From the IMG/VR virus record IMGVR_UViG_3300025673_000107, positions 1 to 37,149 of that record: a DNA stretch of 37,149 bases, one strand, 5' to 3'. Origin of the DNA: a virus. Its lineage: Duplodnaviria > Caudoviricetes. Both the position numbers and the translations under genes were made by a program. Each line of letters begins with the position of its first letter. The stretch's first letter is position 1. Positions 26,469-36,083 of the stretch are shown piece by piece. The notes under the pieces were generated by a model. The model was not told the DNA's origin. It was given only the letters and a program-made list of their open reading frames with translations, and did not search any database.

Positions 26469-28937
26469 TTAAATTTCTATTGATAAAATTCCAGTATCTC
26501 TATCAATACTGTAGACATTTCCATCATTTACTTCCATCTCAAGTTGTCCTGTCGTATGGTTTATATTTATATATTCTGAAATGTCCGACATTGGACCAGA
26601 ATAATCTGCTATCAATTCGTGCGTATCTTCGGCCGTTTCCATAGTATGAAGAGTGAATAATGATTCCCATACTATATCAGCATTAGGACCTTTTGTTGTA
26701 AGTGAATATCCATTCTTACCAGTATCTAATGCAGCAAGAGCAGATGTTCCATCATTAAATAATATCTGACCCTGAGTATTAATTATTGTTGCAGCATTCG
26801 TTCCTGCTGCAGCAAATATATCCCAATAAGCAGCATCACTTGTAATATCTGTAGAAATGTGATCAGTATTACAACGATACACACCTCCAGAGGATTCCAT
26901 AATATCATCAATTCTATACTCAACTGTAGCTGCCCAATGACCCCTCCATTCCATACCAGATGAGAATTTTTCCCATAATGGATCAACTGAAATGTCACGA
27001 TCCGTAGCAAATAAAGTAGCCGAAGTGTGAACTAATAAACATCTAAATGTATTACCATTATAAGTTACAACATCATCGGGATAATATATAACGGCAGGAA
27101 CCCATGCTGCCCTTGCTGCGATACCACCAGCAAATAAATCCCACGTTGCAGCATCAGTAGGAAGATTACCTACAGTATCAAGTTTAGCGATATATGTGTT
27201 AGAACCATATTTAACTACATCATGCTTTTGATATGATGATGTGTTATCATATAAGTTTTCCCAAAACATACCCTCTGACATTGGGTCGAATTTAGTCGCA
27301 TCTGTTGGGAGGTTGCCTACGGTATCAAGTTTAGCAATGTATAAATTGGTTCCATATCGTACGACATCATGTTTCTGATATTCGGTTGCAATATCAAATA
27401 CATTTTCCCAGGATAAGCCTTCGGACATTAAATCAAATTTAGTAACATCCGTAGGGAGATTACCAACTGTATCTAACTTAGCAATATAAACATTAGTACC
27501 GTATTTAACTACATCATGTTTTTGATATGGAGTAGTAACATCAAATACATTTTCCCAAGATAACCCTTCTGACATTAAATCAAATTTAGTCGCATCTGTT
27601 GGGAGGTTACCCACTGTGTCCAGTTTGGCAATATAAACATTAGTACCATACTTGACTACATCATGTTTCTGATATTCAGTTGCAATGTTAAATACATTTT
27701 CCCAAAACATACCCTCAGACATCGGATCCCAATTAGTAGCATCCGTAGGGGTATTACCAACTGTGTCTTGCGTTGCGATATATAAGTTGGTTCCGTATCT
27801 AACAACATCATGTTTTTGATAAACACCCGTAGCAGAATATACATTTTCCCAAGATAAGCCTTCGGACATTAAATCGAATTTGGTAACATCTGTCGGGAGG
27901 TTGCCTACTGTATCTAACTTAGCAATGTATACGTTAGTACCATACTTGACTACGTCGTGCTTTTGATATTCAGTTGCAATGTTAAATACATTTTCCCAGG
28001 ATAAACCTTCGGACATTAAATCGAATTTGGTAACATCTGTCGGGAGGTTGCCTATCGTGTCCAGTTTGGCAATGTATACGTTAGTACCATACTTAACAAC
28101 ATCGTGTTTATAATATAGAGTTGTTATATCGAATACATTTTCCCAGGACAAACCTTCGGACATTGGATCCCAATTAGCAGCATCAGTGGGTAGATTACCT
28201 ACTGTATCATGTTTAGCAATGTATACGTTAGTACCATACTTGACTATATCATTTTTCTGATATGGAGTAGTAATATCAAACAGATTTTCCCAATCCAATC
28301 CTTCAGTAAGTCTATCAAAATGACTTGCATCTGTGGGTAAGGTTCCCGCCACATCATGTTTAGCAACATAAGCATTAATACCATAGGTTAATATATCATC
28401 TTTACGGTATGTTACTGCAGCATCATATACACCTACCCATCGCATACCATGAGAAAAGATAGCCCAATATGCTGTATCTTCTGGATCCTTAGTTCCAGTA
28501 GTATTCTGTATACATATAAACGTGTTAGCGCCGTAATATACAATATCATCTACTTGGTAAGTTGTGGAGTCGTTATATAAACCCTCAAACTTAAAACCAG
28601 TAACTAATAGTTGCCAATATGTTGAATTTGGTGGTTCGGTTGCACCAGCTACTGGCTCTTCAAGAATACAAATATACGAGTTATTCGCATGATGTACAAC
28701 CTGATGAGGAAGATAAGCTACAGTAGCATCATATTCCCCTTGCCACGCCATACCTTCTTGAACTAATGCCCAATATAATGTATTTGTTGTTAAATTCCCA
28801 GTTGTTTTGACACCGTATATATAAACGAATACATCACCACCGTGCTTAACAAGGTCGTTTATTTCGTATTCAGTCGCTGCTTCCCATGTGCCAACCCAAT
28901 TAAATCGTAGTTTCCCTAAATCTATCGTAGTACTCAT
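26469..28937 (-). CDS. Virion structural protein with about 14 Trp/Tyr carbohydrate-binding-like repeats
   Basis: MSTTIDLGKLRFNWVGTW; 49-aa units GLSWENVF...YQKHDVVKYGTNVYIAKLDTVGNLPTD. Confidence 0.78.
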   Translation of the reverse strand: MSTTIDLGKLRFNWVGTWEAATEYEINDLVKHGGDVFVYIYGVKTTGNLTTNTLYWALVQEGMAWQGEYDATVAYLPHQVVHHANNSYICILEEPVAGATEPPNSTYWQLLVTGFKFEGLYNDSTTYQVDDIVYYGANTFICIQNTTGTKDPEDTAYWAIFSHGMRWVGVYDAAVTYRKDDILTYGINAYVAKHDVAGTLPTDASHFDRLTEGLDWENLFDITTPYQKNDIVKYGTNVYIAKHDTVGNLPTDAANWDPMSEGLSWENVFDITTLYYKHDVVKYGTNVYIAKLDTIGNLPTDVTKFDLMSEGLSWENVFNIATEYQKHDVVKYGTNVYIAKLDTVGNLPTDVTKFDLMSEGLSWENVYSATGVYQKHDVVRYGTNLYIATQDTVGNTPTDATNWDPMSEGMFWENVFNIATEYQKHDVVKYGTNVYIAKLDTVGNLPTDATKFDLMSEGLSWENVFDVTTPYQKHDVVKYGTNVYIAKLDTVGNLPTDVTKFDLMSEGLSWENVFDIATEYQKHDVVRYGTNLYIAKLDTVGNLPTDATKFDPMSEGMFWENLYDNTSSYQKHDVVKYGSNTYIAKLDTVGNLPTDAATWDLFAGGIAARAAWVPAVIYYPDDVVTYNGNTFRCLLVHTSATLFATDRDISVDPLWEKFSSGMEWRGHWAATVEYRIDDIMESSGGVYRCNTDHISTDITSDAAYWDIFAAAGTNAATIINTQGQILFNDGTSALAALDTGKNGYSLTTKGPNADIVWESLFTLHTMETAEDTHELIADYSGPMSDISEYININHTTGQLEMEVNDGNVYSIDRDTGILSIEI
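27150..28470. repeat. Coding tandem array with exact 147-bp period (at least 9 units)
   Basis: The equivalent ACATCATG-like position recurs at 27217, 27364, 27511, 27658, 27805, 27952, 28099, 28246 and 28393. Confidence 0.9.
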
Positions 28938-29176
28938 TTATAATTTACCTCTAAATGTCCGTTTGATCCCCATTGATATTTCACATTAGCATCTGACCAA
29001 AAATATTCTCTGTAATCCCCTACCCCAAAACTATAATCTGTATCGGGTAATTGAATTGTCATTGTATCATCATCGATGATATCAAATGTTAAATTTCCTG
29101 TTGCCACATCAAGTTTTAATCCATAAAAGGTGGACGAAACATAATCAGAGGATGTTTGTATTCCCATACTTGCCAT
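28934..29176 (-). CDS. Hypothetical virion-associated protein
   Basis: 80 aa, translationally coupled on both sides; FYGLKLD..TG.L motif. Confidence 0.65.
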   Translation of the reverse strand: MASMGIQTSSDYVSSTFYGLKLDVATGNLTFDIIDDDTMTIQLPDTDYSFGVGDYREYFWSDANVKYQWGSNGHLEVNYK

Positions 29177-29490
29177 TATTGTATCTCCAATATAGACGCG
29201 AAAACTGAAAGTGAATCAACATCAGAAGCCATCACTTTTATTGAATCCCCCACTTCTAAATTAATAGGTTTGTCGAATACCAATGTCGAACCTGGTAATA
29301 TAGGGGAATTAAATAATATAGGATGATCTGTATTACTCGATGAATCGTGAAATATTACTGTCCCTGTAACTTGAGTACCTATTATATTCGCTAAGAATAT
29401 TCCGTGAAGCACTGCTTCCCCTGAGGAGGTGTATATTGATACAGTACTTGTTGACACAAGACTTGCAGCATTTTTAAATATGTTAGCCAA
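29176..29490 (-). CDS. Small beta-sandwich-like virion structural protein
   Basis: TTG start; MANIFKN...YTS...LANI...PILPGSTL...NLEVGDSIKV.AS...SILE pattern, which I recall from marine phage structural genes; late promoter upstream. Confidence 0.72.
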   Translation of the reverse strand: MANIFKNAASLVSTSTVSIYTSSGEAVLHGIFLANIIGTQVTGTVIFHDSSSNTDHPILFNSPILPGSTLVFDKPINLEVGDSIKVMASDVDSLSVFASILEIQ

Positions 29491-29512
29491 TGTATATTCT
29501 CTTATTTATTAT

Positions 29513-29520
29513 TATTTATA
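29513..29520 (-). promoter_or_regulatory. T4-type late promoter TATAAATA
   Basis: Plus strand TATTTATA in the intergenic gap upstream of the 29490 start. Confidence 0.72.
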
Positions 29521-29525
29521 TAAAT

Positions 29526-31229
29526 TTATTTTTTCTCTAATATAGTTATTCTATTGAGGAGTTCTTTATTCTGATCACTTAATTGTTGAACTGCTTTAAC
29601 TAAAGGTGTTATTAAACTACCTAAAGCGAATTCTAATTTGTCAGGATTGCTTTCTGATACCATCCCAGACTCTTTAATATATTTATAATCATTTAATATT
29701 TCTAATACATCTTGAGCAATAAATCCCATTCTTTGACCAGAATTAGGGGTTTCGGTAGAATGTACTTTATTCATCTTAGAACCGTCTGAAGTATTATCTG
29801 AATACCATTCTCGTCTATCCCAATAAAATGTAACCGGTCTTAGTTTGTCAATAAACTGAAGACCTGCATCTTCTGGTATATTAGTGATTTCTGCCTTATC
29901 TCTCGAATCTGAAAGACTTGAAAAACTGGTAGTATTACATCTTATATTATTAATATTAGAATTGCCCAATGTAATCTCATTACCAACACTAGCGCTTGAT
30001 GCCTGAGCATCATGTCCTATAATAGTATTATTCCAACCACCGGTCGAGTCTTCACCTGCTAACGCACCAAGAAAGGTATTCCCCCATTGGGCGACAAGAT
30101 ATCCTGCTTTATATCCTAAAGCTGTATTATAATTTTTATCTGGGTTAGTATATAAAGCTTGATATCCTACAGCTGTATTTACAACTCCCGTTGTATTATA
30201 ATATGAAGAATAGGGGCCGATACCTATGTTTCCCCAGCCTGTAGTATTCCTGTTTCCTGCAGCTGTGCCGACAGCAACATTTGAAGCCCCTGTTGTGTTA
30301 TAAGCACTAGCATAAACGCCGATTGAGGTGTTTTTGGTCCCTATTGTGTTATTTCTTAATGTGTAAGCCCCTACGGATACATTTCGATTACCGTAGTTCC
30401 ATGGATTAGCAGGATCTGTCCCATCATGAGAATCAGCATCATATATTGAATTTTCTTGTGAATATAAACCTATTGCTACTGTGTTAATAGGTTTTGTATG
30501 AGAACTAAGTGATAGTGTACCTAGAGCTATATTATCCGTGTAGAGGTAAGTATCATTATTCACATCATAATTGGGGTCATTCCAAGAAGGATCGCCCGCC
30601 ACTCGAGGTGTTATTGAGGAGAGTGCTGAATCACCAATCTCAATATTCTCATCCCATTCTAGATCTGCGATTCTTTCGTCCAAACCGGTAGATACAGAAT
30701 ATAATTGGTCACGTTCATTTTGTGATTGGAGGGCCTTAGCCGTAACTTGGTCAGCAATGGCATCTCTATCTAATAGTGCAGCTGCTTCGGCTGCTAATCT
30801 TGCTGCGGTTTCAGCTGCAGCAGCAGTTTCCCGTGCTAATTTTTCTGCTGCTATTTCGGCTTCTCTTTCGGCTTTCTCGAGTGCTATTTGAGCTTCTCTT
30901 GCTGCGGTTTCAGCTGCAGCAGCAGTTTCCCGTGCTAATTTTTCTGCTGCTATTTCAGCTTCTCTTGTTGCTTTCTCAAGTGCTATTTCAGCTTCTCTTG
31001 CTGCTATTTCAGCTTCCATTTCAGCTTTCTCAAGAGCAGCATCGATGATACGTTGTTCTAGTTTTGCCTTTTCGGCGGCCGCATCTTCAGCACCTTTTCT
31101 TATTGCTTCTTCGCCGTATTTGTCTCTATATTTGCCACCACCCCGAGCTCGTCCCGCGTAATGAGAATACTTAGATTTTTTCTCATTTTTATCTTTTTGG
31201 ACGTGTATAAAATCTCTTTTAAATCTCAT
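29526..31229 (-). CDS. Tail fibre/adhesin: basic N-terminus, Glu/Ala coiled coil, NTAVG-type beta-roll repeats, peptidase S74 chaperone
   Basis: EAEIAAEKLARETAAAAE repeats; N.A.G..A...NTTG repeats resembling trimeric adhesin heads; LSDSRDKAEI...LRPVTF.W...GFIAQD...LVKAVQQL. Confidence 0.8.
   Translation of the reverse strand: MRFKRDFIHVQKDKNEKKSKYSHYAGRARGGGKYRDKYGEEAIRKGAEDAAAEKAKLEQRIIDAALEKAEMEAEIAAREAEIALEKATREAEIAAEKLARETAAAAETAAREAQIALEKAEREAEIAAEKLARETAAAAETAARLAAEAAALLDRDAIADQVTAKALQSQNERDQLYSVSTGLDERIADLEWDENIEIGDSALSSITPRVAGDPSWNDPNYDVNNDTYLYTDNIALGTLSLSSHTKPINTVAIGLYSQENSIYDADSHDGTDPANPWNYGNRNVSVGAYTLRNNTIGTKNTSIGVYASAYNTTGASNVAVGTAAGNRNTTGWGNIGIGPYSSYYNTTGVVNTAVGYQALYTNPDKNYNTALGYKAGYLVAQWGNTFLGALAGEDSTGGWNNTIIGHDAQASSASVGNEITLGNSNINNIRCNTTSFSSLSDSRDKAEITNIPEDAGLQFIDKLRPVTFYWDRREWYSDNTSDGSKMNKVHSTETPNSGQRMGFIAQDVLEILNDYKYIKESGMVSESNPDKLEFALGSLITPLVKAVQQLSDQNKELLNRITILEKK
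30801..30957. repeat. 99-bp-period direct repeat encoding the Glu/Ala coiled coil
   Basis: TGCTGCGGTTTCAGCTGCAGCAGCAGTTTCCCGTGCTAATTTTTCTGCTGCTATTTC at 30801 and 30900. Confidence 0.85.
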
Positions 31230-31230
31230 T

Positions 31231-31461
31231 TTATTCTCGGATTGCGTCTTTTAATGGGGAAAGATCTTCGAAAGTCCAAAAATCCTTTTCAATCATTATT
31301 TTAAGATGGAGTTTATTTTGAGATATACATTCAGCCCATTCTGCATTGGTCATTAGTTCTGATTTGTCACCGTTAATAAGATTAACGGAATCCATTGCTG
31401 CTGAATAATGAGAAGCTATATCATCGGGTGTTAATGGTCTCTTCATAGTATTAACCGCCAA
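31231..31461 (-). CDS. Conserved phage hypothetical protein (tail-fibre associated)
   Basis: HYSAAMDSVNLIN...NK.HLKIM..KDFWT.EDLSPL pattern. Confidence 0.68.
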   Translation of the reverse strand: MAVNTMKRPLTPDDIASHYSAAMDSVNLINGDKSELMTNAEWAECISQNKLHLKIMIEKDFWTFEDLSPLKDAIRE

Positions 31462-31678
31462 ATACTATAGACATAGCAGTAGCATTTGCCGCGGCTTCCG
31501 TTGCATCGAAATCTAATTTACCCGTTGTATCATTATAGGATACCGACAGAGGACCAGTCACAGTATTATCAGTCATCATATGTCCGAGTACATCTTCTAG
31601 ATTTTCAGTCAATTCTGTTGGTACACCTGCTACACCGGGAGTTGATAATAACTTTGAAAATGTTCTAGCTTTTGACAT
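31451..31678 (-). CDS. Small virion-associated protein
   Basis: MSKART start, SVSYNDTTGKLDF, C-terminal ATAMSIVFGG; late promoter upstream. Confidence 0.65.
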   Translation of the reverse strand: MSKARTFSKLLSTPGVAGVPTELTENLEDVLGHMMTDNTVTGPLSVSYNDTTGKLDFDATEAAANATAMSIVFGG

Positions 31679-31708
31679 TGATATCCTCGTTCGGTTTGAT
31701 AATATTAC

Positions 31709-31716
31709 TATTTATA
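31709..31716 (-). promoter_or_regulatory. T4-type late promoter TATAAATA
   Basis: Plus strand TATTTATA overlapping the stop of the upstream gene, about 30 nt before the 31678 start with a GAGGA RBS. Confidence 0.65.
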
Positions 31717-32161
31717 TAATTGGTTTGTCTGGAAATACTGGATTATCAATATCTACTGTTTCTGGTAAATCCCGAAGTGCTTGTCTGTATGTTGCCATCT
31801 CTGCTGACATGGCTACATCTGAATTAGCTGTCCAATCGGTTTCCGATAACAGTCTGTTGCGTTGTGCTCTAATTTCAATTTTAAATAATATTAATTTTTC
31901 CCTTAACTGTTCTTCGGGGAGTGGAATAATAGAAAATAAAGGTAACCCCTTTTCATCTTTCAGTGTATTCAATGTATGGGTATATTTATTGTAAGAAGGA
32001 GCAGTATATTCCTTCACCTCTTTACCTGTATAGTACCAACCAATGTTTACTTTGTTAGATTGATAAACTGTATAATCAGGAGATAAAGATACAGCTTCTT
32101 CTAATGTATCGGCTTCAATTACATTAACTACTTCATTATTCTTAATTTGTGCGTATCTCAT
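31712..32161 (-). CDS. Tail fibre assembly/chaperone protein
   Basis: MRYAQIKNNEVVNVI (ATG 32161 coupled TAATG); C-terminal RAQRNRLLSETDW...YRQALRDLP...FPDKP. Confidence 0.82.
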   Translation of the reverse strand: MRYAQIKNNEVVNVIEADTLEEAVSLSPDYTVYQSNKVNIGWYYTGKEVKEYTAPSYNKYTHTLNTLKDEKGLPLFSIIPLPEEQLREKLILFKIEIRAQRNRLLSETDWTANSDVAMSAEMATYRQALRDLPETVDIDNPVFPDKPII

Positions 32162-34653
32162 TATTCTGTCCACCATTTAATTATACAAATACCGGAGCCT
32201 CCATTACCACCAGTGTGTTGGACTGAGGCGTTTGTTGCAGTACCACCGCCACCGCCACCCGTATTATCAGCTGCGCTGCGTCCATTAGCATTAAAATGTC
32301 CGTTCGCGCCACCATCGGCCCCGAACCCAACTAAGTTTCCATTGAATCCACCAAGCGCACCGCCACCGCCACCGCCACCATAACCTTTTACCCCTTTACC
32401 TGCAAAAGATCTTGGTCCGGTGGAATTGGTACCACTTATTGAATATGACCCTGCACTTTTTAGATTATTAGAGGCACCTTCATCAAATTTATAAGTGGAG
32501 TAGCTAGCACCTGGATTCCAGGCTTGTAAGGCATGACCACCAGCACCACCACCAGAACCAGCTTCGGCCATAGTACTAGAGTTGGATATTTGCATACCAT
32601 TACCACCAGTTATCCCCGATAAAGATGGTGCGGAATCTAGACTACCACCGCCACCGCCATAGACAGTAAGAGAAAGACCCCCACTTAATGATGATGTTCC
32701 TCCTGTTCCTCCTGTCGACCCCGATCCGGTACCTCCACCACCACCCGATCCGACCGTAACATTTATATCAGCGGTAACTATGTAATGTCCGTAAACAACA
32801 TCACCGCCACCGCCACCACCTGAACAATTATAAGTTACATCATATCTCGTTGATGCGCCTCCACCACCTCCAGCTACTAATATAACTTCAACATTATTAA
32901 CACCCGCAGGCTTAGTCCAAGTTCCGCTAGAAGTAAATGTCTGTATATTTAATGTACCATTACCATCACCACCACCTGGTAGATTGGCTAATTGACTACC
33001 ATCTCCTTCAAAACTAGTAGCACGAACAGTACCAACAATATCAACTTCGTGCTGTGGGAAAATAGTATTAACACCCATCTTACCTTTAACTAGGAGTTGT
33101 GTATCATCATATGTTGTACCAATGGATACAAAATCATGTTCTACTATCATAGTATCTTTAGCAACATTATCTTTAGTTGTTCTAAATACTGTTGATTGTG
33201 TACCTGTTAATGGTAATCCATAGATAGTTTGAATACCTTTAACATCACCATCTGCCAAACCGTTAATAGTTTCCCCAGACTGTGCGAATGGATACATAGA
33301 AGTTCCAGTATCATTCGTATGAGCCATACCAAATGAATGCCCTAGTTCGTGAAGAACAACACTTCTGAAATTATATACTGTACCACTATATGAATTAGCA
33401 TGACTGTTTGAGTACCAACTGAATGCTGTAGCTATAGCAATATCACCAGAATCAATAGTTCTTTTGTGCATTGAAACAGCCAAATTGTCATCAGTAACCG
33501 ATCCCGGAAAACTTGTTACATGACCGAGTGTTCCTCCTCCTAAATCTGTACAAAAGAAATTGATATGTGCGAAATCTAAATCATTAGTACCAGTTCTTCT
33601 TGCATCTGTCCACGGAACTTCATAGAAACTCAGTCCAGAGATATTACCCCATTCTTGAAGACACCAGCGAATATCCTCGGTAGGATCAAATCCGATATCT
33701 GCAGTCCAATCACTTGAAGTTAATGAGTATGGGGAATCTTCACCGTACTCCCATTCTCCAACTTCGATATTATTAGGGATAACAGACCAAGTGATCTTAC
33801 ACCCCGTTCCCATTTCCTGTTTACCCCATTTCTTACCTTGACCTCCTGTATATCCAGGAACATCAAATGCTGAAAATGTAGTTCTACCATTAGTAGAAGT
33901 GAAATATGCGGGGAATGCATGGGGTTGAGGACTTTCGTGATTCCCTTCATTATATTGTGCTGTAGGGAAAGAGAAGAAATACTGTGTACCTGTGGCAACA
34001 GGAGATACTCCGGTAGCATAATCGGTTACTCCAGGCATACCTTCTGTTCCGTTTGTAATTTCAGCTGCAGTATTAGAAGTAACAATGTTATCAACAACAA
34101 ATCTATTCTGACCTGTATCTGCAGATATTTCTTCTAGGAGTTGACCTCTGGAAAGATTATCTCCATCTACATCAATTAAGAAATTATTAGATCCTATTGT
34201 ATCAGTGAATACAGCATTCAGTGGTACATCTGTTAATACCTGAGCGTCATCTACTTTAGAATCAAGGGCTGTTGTGAGTCCTGTAATATAACTAATAGGT
34301 TCAGCACTAGGCTTGCTGTAAACTGTATCCGTAAACAACGCACTTGATGGCACATTTGTTAGTACCTGAGCATCATCAACCTTGTCATTTAACGCTGTCT
34401 GCAACCCACTAATATAACTAATAGGTTCGGTAGACGGTTTAGAATAAACTGTATCTGAGAACAATGCAGACACCGGCACATCTGTTAATACCTGAGTGTC
34501 ATCTACTTTAGCATCCAATGCAGTTTGAAGACCCGAGATGTAGGTAATCGGCTCAGAACTTGGTTTCGTGTACTCAGGCGTATTATCTAAATTTTCTAAT
34601 TGAACATCCCCACCAGAATCTAGGAGGTCTGCTAATGTTCTTGCGCTACTCAT
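32161..34653 (-). CDS. Tail fibre with three 42-aa repeats, an internal matrixin (M10) metalloprotease domain and a Gly-rich C-terminal domain
   Basis: KITWS, LQEWGNISGLSFYEV, HINF, GGGTLGH..FP, GDIAI, SVVLHELGHSFGMAH, Met-turn SMYP, GDVKGIQTIYG; QTFTSSGTWTKPAGV...GGNGGSGICIIKW. Confidence 0.82.
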   Translation of the reverse strand: MSSARTLADLLDSGGDVQLENLDNTPEYTKPSSEPITYISGLQTALDAKVDDTQVLTDVPVSALFSDTVYSKPSTEPISYISGLQTALNDKVDDAQVLTNVPSSALFTDTVYSKPSAEPISYITGLTTALDSKVDDAQVLTDVPLNAVFTDTIGSNNFLIDVDGDNLSRGQLLEEISADTGQNRFVVDNIVTSNTAAEITNGTEGMPGVTDYATGVSPVATGTQYFFSFPTAQYNEGNHESPQPHAFPAYFTSTNGRTTFSAFDVPGYTGGQGKKWGKQEMGTGCKITWSVIPNNIEVGEWEYGEDSPYSLTSSDWTADIGFDPTEDIRWCLQEWGNISGLSFYEVPWTDARRTGTNDLDFAHINFFCTDLGGGTLGHVTSFPGSVTDDNLAVSMHKRTIDSGDIAIATAFSWYSNSHANSYSGTVYNFRSVVLHELGHSFGMAHTNDTGTSMYPFAQSGETINGLADGDVKGIQTIYGLPLTGTQSTVFRTTKDNVAKDTMIVEHDFVSIGTTYDDTQLLVKGKMGVNTIFPQHEVDIVGTVRATSFEGDGSQLANLPGGGDGNGTLNIQTFTSSGTWTKPAGVNNVEVILVAGGGGGASTRYDVTYNCSGGGGGGDVVYGHYIVTADINVTVGSGGGGGTGSGSTGGTGGTSSLSGGLSLTVYGGGGGSLDSAPSLSGITGGNGMQISNSSTMAEAGSGGGAGGHALQAWNPGASYSTYKFDEGASNNLKSAGSYSISGTNSTGPRSFAGKGVKGYGGGGGGGALGGFNGNLVGFGADGGANGHFNANGRSAADNTGGGGGGTATNASVQHTGGNGGSGICIIKWWTE
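34198..34572. repeat. Three 126-bp coding repeats
   Basis: Y.KPS.EPI.YI.GL.TAL..KVDD.QVLT.VP..A.F.DT occurs three times. Confidence 0.85.
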
Positions 34654-34663
34654 TGTTTATCCT

Positions 34664-36052
34664 TTAACTATAAGCGATTCTTACGAAACCTGCGCCACCA
34701 TTTCCGGCTATTATTGCTCCTCCTGCGTGACCTGCGCCACCGCCACCGCCACCATGTGCGCCACCGCCACCGCCACCGGCGGCCTGACCTGAACCTACTC
34801 CTGCGTTTCCACCGTATGTACCTCCACCGTAACCACCATAAGCATCAAACTGCGCTTGTCCATTAGTCCCCTCTGGATAACCCCCTCTCCCTCCGAACTT
34901 TCCACTCGAGAAATTTGTACCGTCAGTTCCGCCGCCGCCGCCGCCAAAACCACCAAGCGAACCACAATAACCTCCATCTCCACCTGAGCCATTATCAGAA
35001 CCACCACCACCACCACCGCCGCCGTAACCGTTTCCATTACCTCCGGGCATAGAACTACCGTTGTCTGAGCCACCAGACCCACCCCCACCTGCATTGTTTG
35101 TACCGTTCCCTCCGAACGTAAAAGGGGCGTTATCATAGGCTTTACCTTCCCCTCCAACACCTATAGAAATATTACCCCCACTACCTGTGCCACCAGCCAC
35201 ATCTGTTTGAGAGGCGTTGTTTCCTCCAGCACCTCCTGAAGCGGAATGAAGTCCACTAATACTTGAAGTTCCTCCCGAATTAGTGGCAGTTCCACCAAGA
35301 CCAACTGACACGGTGTATGTGGTGCCGGGTACTACAGTGAAATTTCCTTCTGAAGCACCACCGCCACCACCGCCACTATATGAAGCACCACCGCCACCAC
35401 CGCCAATAACTACCGAATGAATAGTGGTGACCCCTGATGGGCAAACCCAAGAAACTTGTCCAGGATCACTAAAGGTCTCTACGGTTTCACCACCACCACC
35501 AGCAGCAGCAATATTAGCATCTACTTCTGTTTTGGTATAAGTTGTGGATTGATCTGCTTTAGTACCAACGAGTGTGGTCATCGTGGTAACGTGATTAGCA
35601 TCATCACCAAGAGCCGCTGCAAGTTCATTGAGTGTATCTAGGGTCGCAGGAGCAGAATCAACTATACCAGCAATATTAGCATCTACTTCTGTTTTGGTAT
35701 AAGTTGTAGCTTGGTCAGCCTTCAATGCATCTGCAGTATCTACTTCTGTTTTGGTATAGGTTGTAGCTTTATCAGCCTTCAATGCATCTGCTGCATAAAA
35801 TGCCGTATCAACTTCAGTCTTGTTATAGGTTGTAGCTTGGTCAGCCTTCAGTGCATCTGCAGCAGTTCTATTAGTTGTTTCCACTCCTACAGCTGTCGTC
35901 ACATTAGCATTGGTAGCTACGTCTATTGTCTGAAAATCTAGCTGTGCTGATCCGTCTGTTACTAAAAATGCACCATTCGCTCCATCTGCATTGGGTAATG
36001 TAAGTGCTACACCTCCACTTGCCTGAATCTGGTTAACAATTAATTTGCTCAT
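34664..36052 (-). CDS. Tail fibre with KADQATTYTKTEVD repeats and a Gly-rich C-terminal domain
   Basis: APATLDTLNELAAALGDD tail-fibre motif; SWVCPSGVTTI...GGGGG...GGAGFVRIAY. Confidence 0.82.
   Translation of the reverse strand: MSKLIVNQIQASGGVALTLPNADGANGAFLVTDGSAQLDFQTIDVATNANVTTAVGVETTNRTAADALKADQATTYNKTEVDTAFYAADALKADKATTYTKTEVDTADALKADQATTYTKTEVDANIAGIVDSAPATLDTLNELAAALGDDANHVTTMTTLVGTKADQSTTYTKTEVDANIAAAGGGGETVETFSDPGQVSWVCPSGVTTIHSVVIGGGGGGASYSGGGGGGASEGNFTVVPGTTYTVSVGLGGTATNSGGTSSISGLHSASGGAGGNNASQTDVAGGTGSGGNISIGVGGEGKAYDNAPFTFGGNGTNNAGGGGSGGSDNGSSMPGGNGNGYGGGGGGGGSDNGSGGDGGYCGSLGGFGGGGGGTDGTNFSSGKFGGRGGYPEGTNGQAQFDAYGGYGGGTYGGNAGVGSGQAAGGGGGGAHGGGGGGAGHAGGAIIAGNGGAGFVRIAYS
35506..35863. 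repeat. Imperfect coding repeats of ADALKADQATTYTKTEVD
   Basis: Four copies of KAD(Q/K)(A/S)TTY(T/N)KTEVD in the translation, with matching nucleotide repeats such as TCTACTTCTGTTTTGGTATA. Confidence 0.8.
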
Positions 36053-36083
36053 ATACGTTTCCTACGTTTGTTAGTTAATATTA

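Noticed and set aside
27150-28470. CRISPR array or DGR template/variable repeat
   Set aside because: Repeats are contiguous, in frame and without spacers. Differences appear mostly synonymous rather than adenine-specific, and there is no reverse transcriptase or cas gene in the window.
32200-35500. CCGCCA/CCACCG microsatellite-like runs and the alternative-frame ORFs over them (also 24108-24536)
   Set aside because: These are polyglycine codons of the fibre tips; the Val- or Pro-rich alternative ORFs are by-products.
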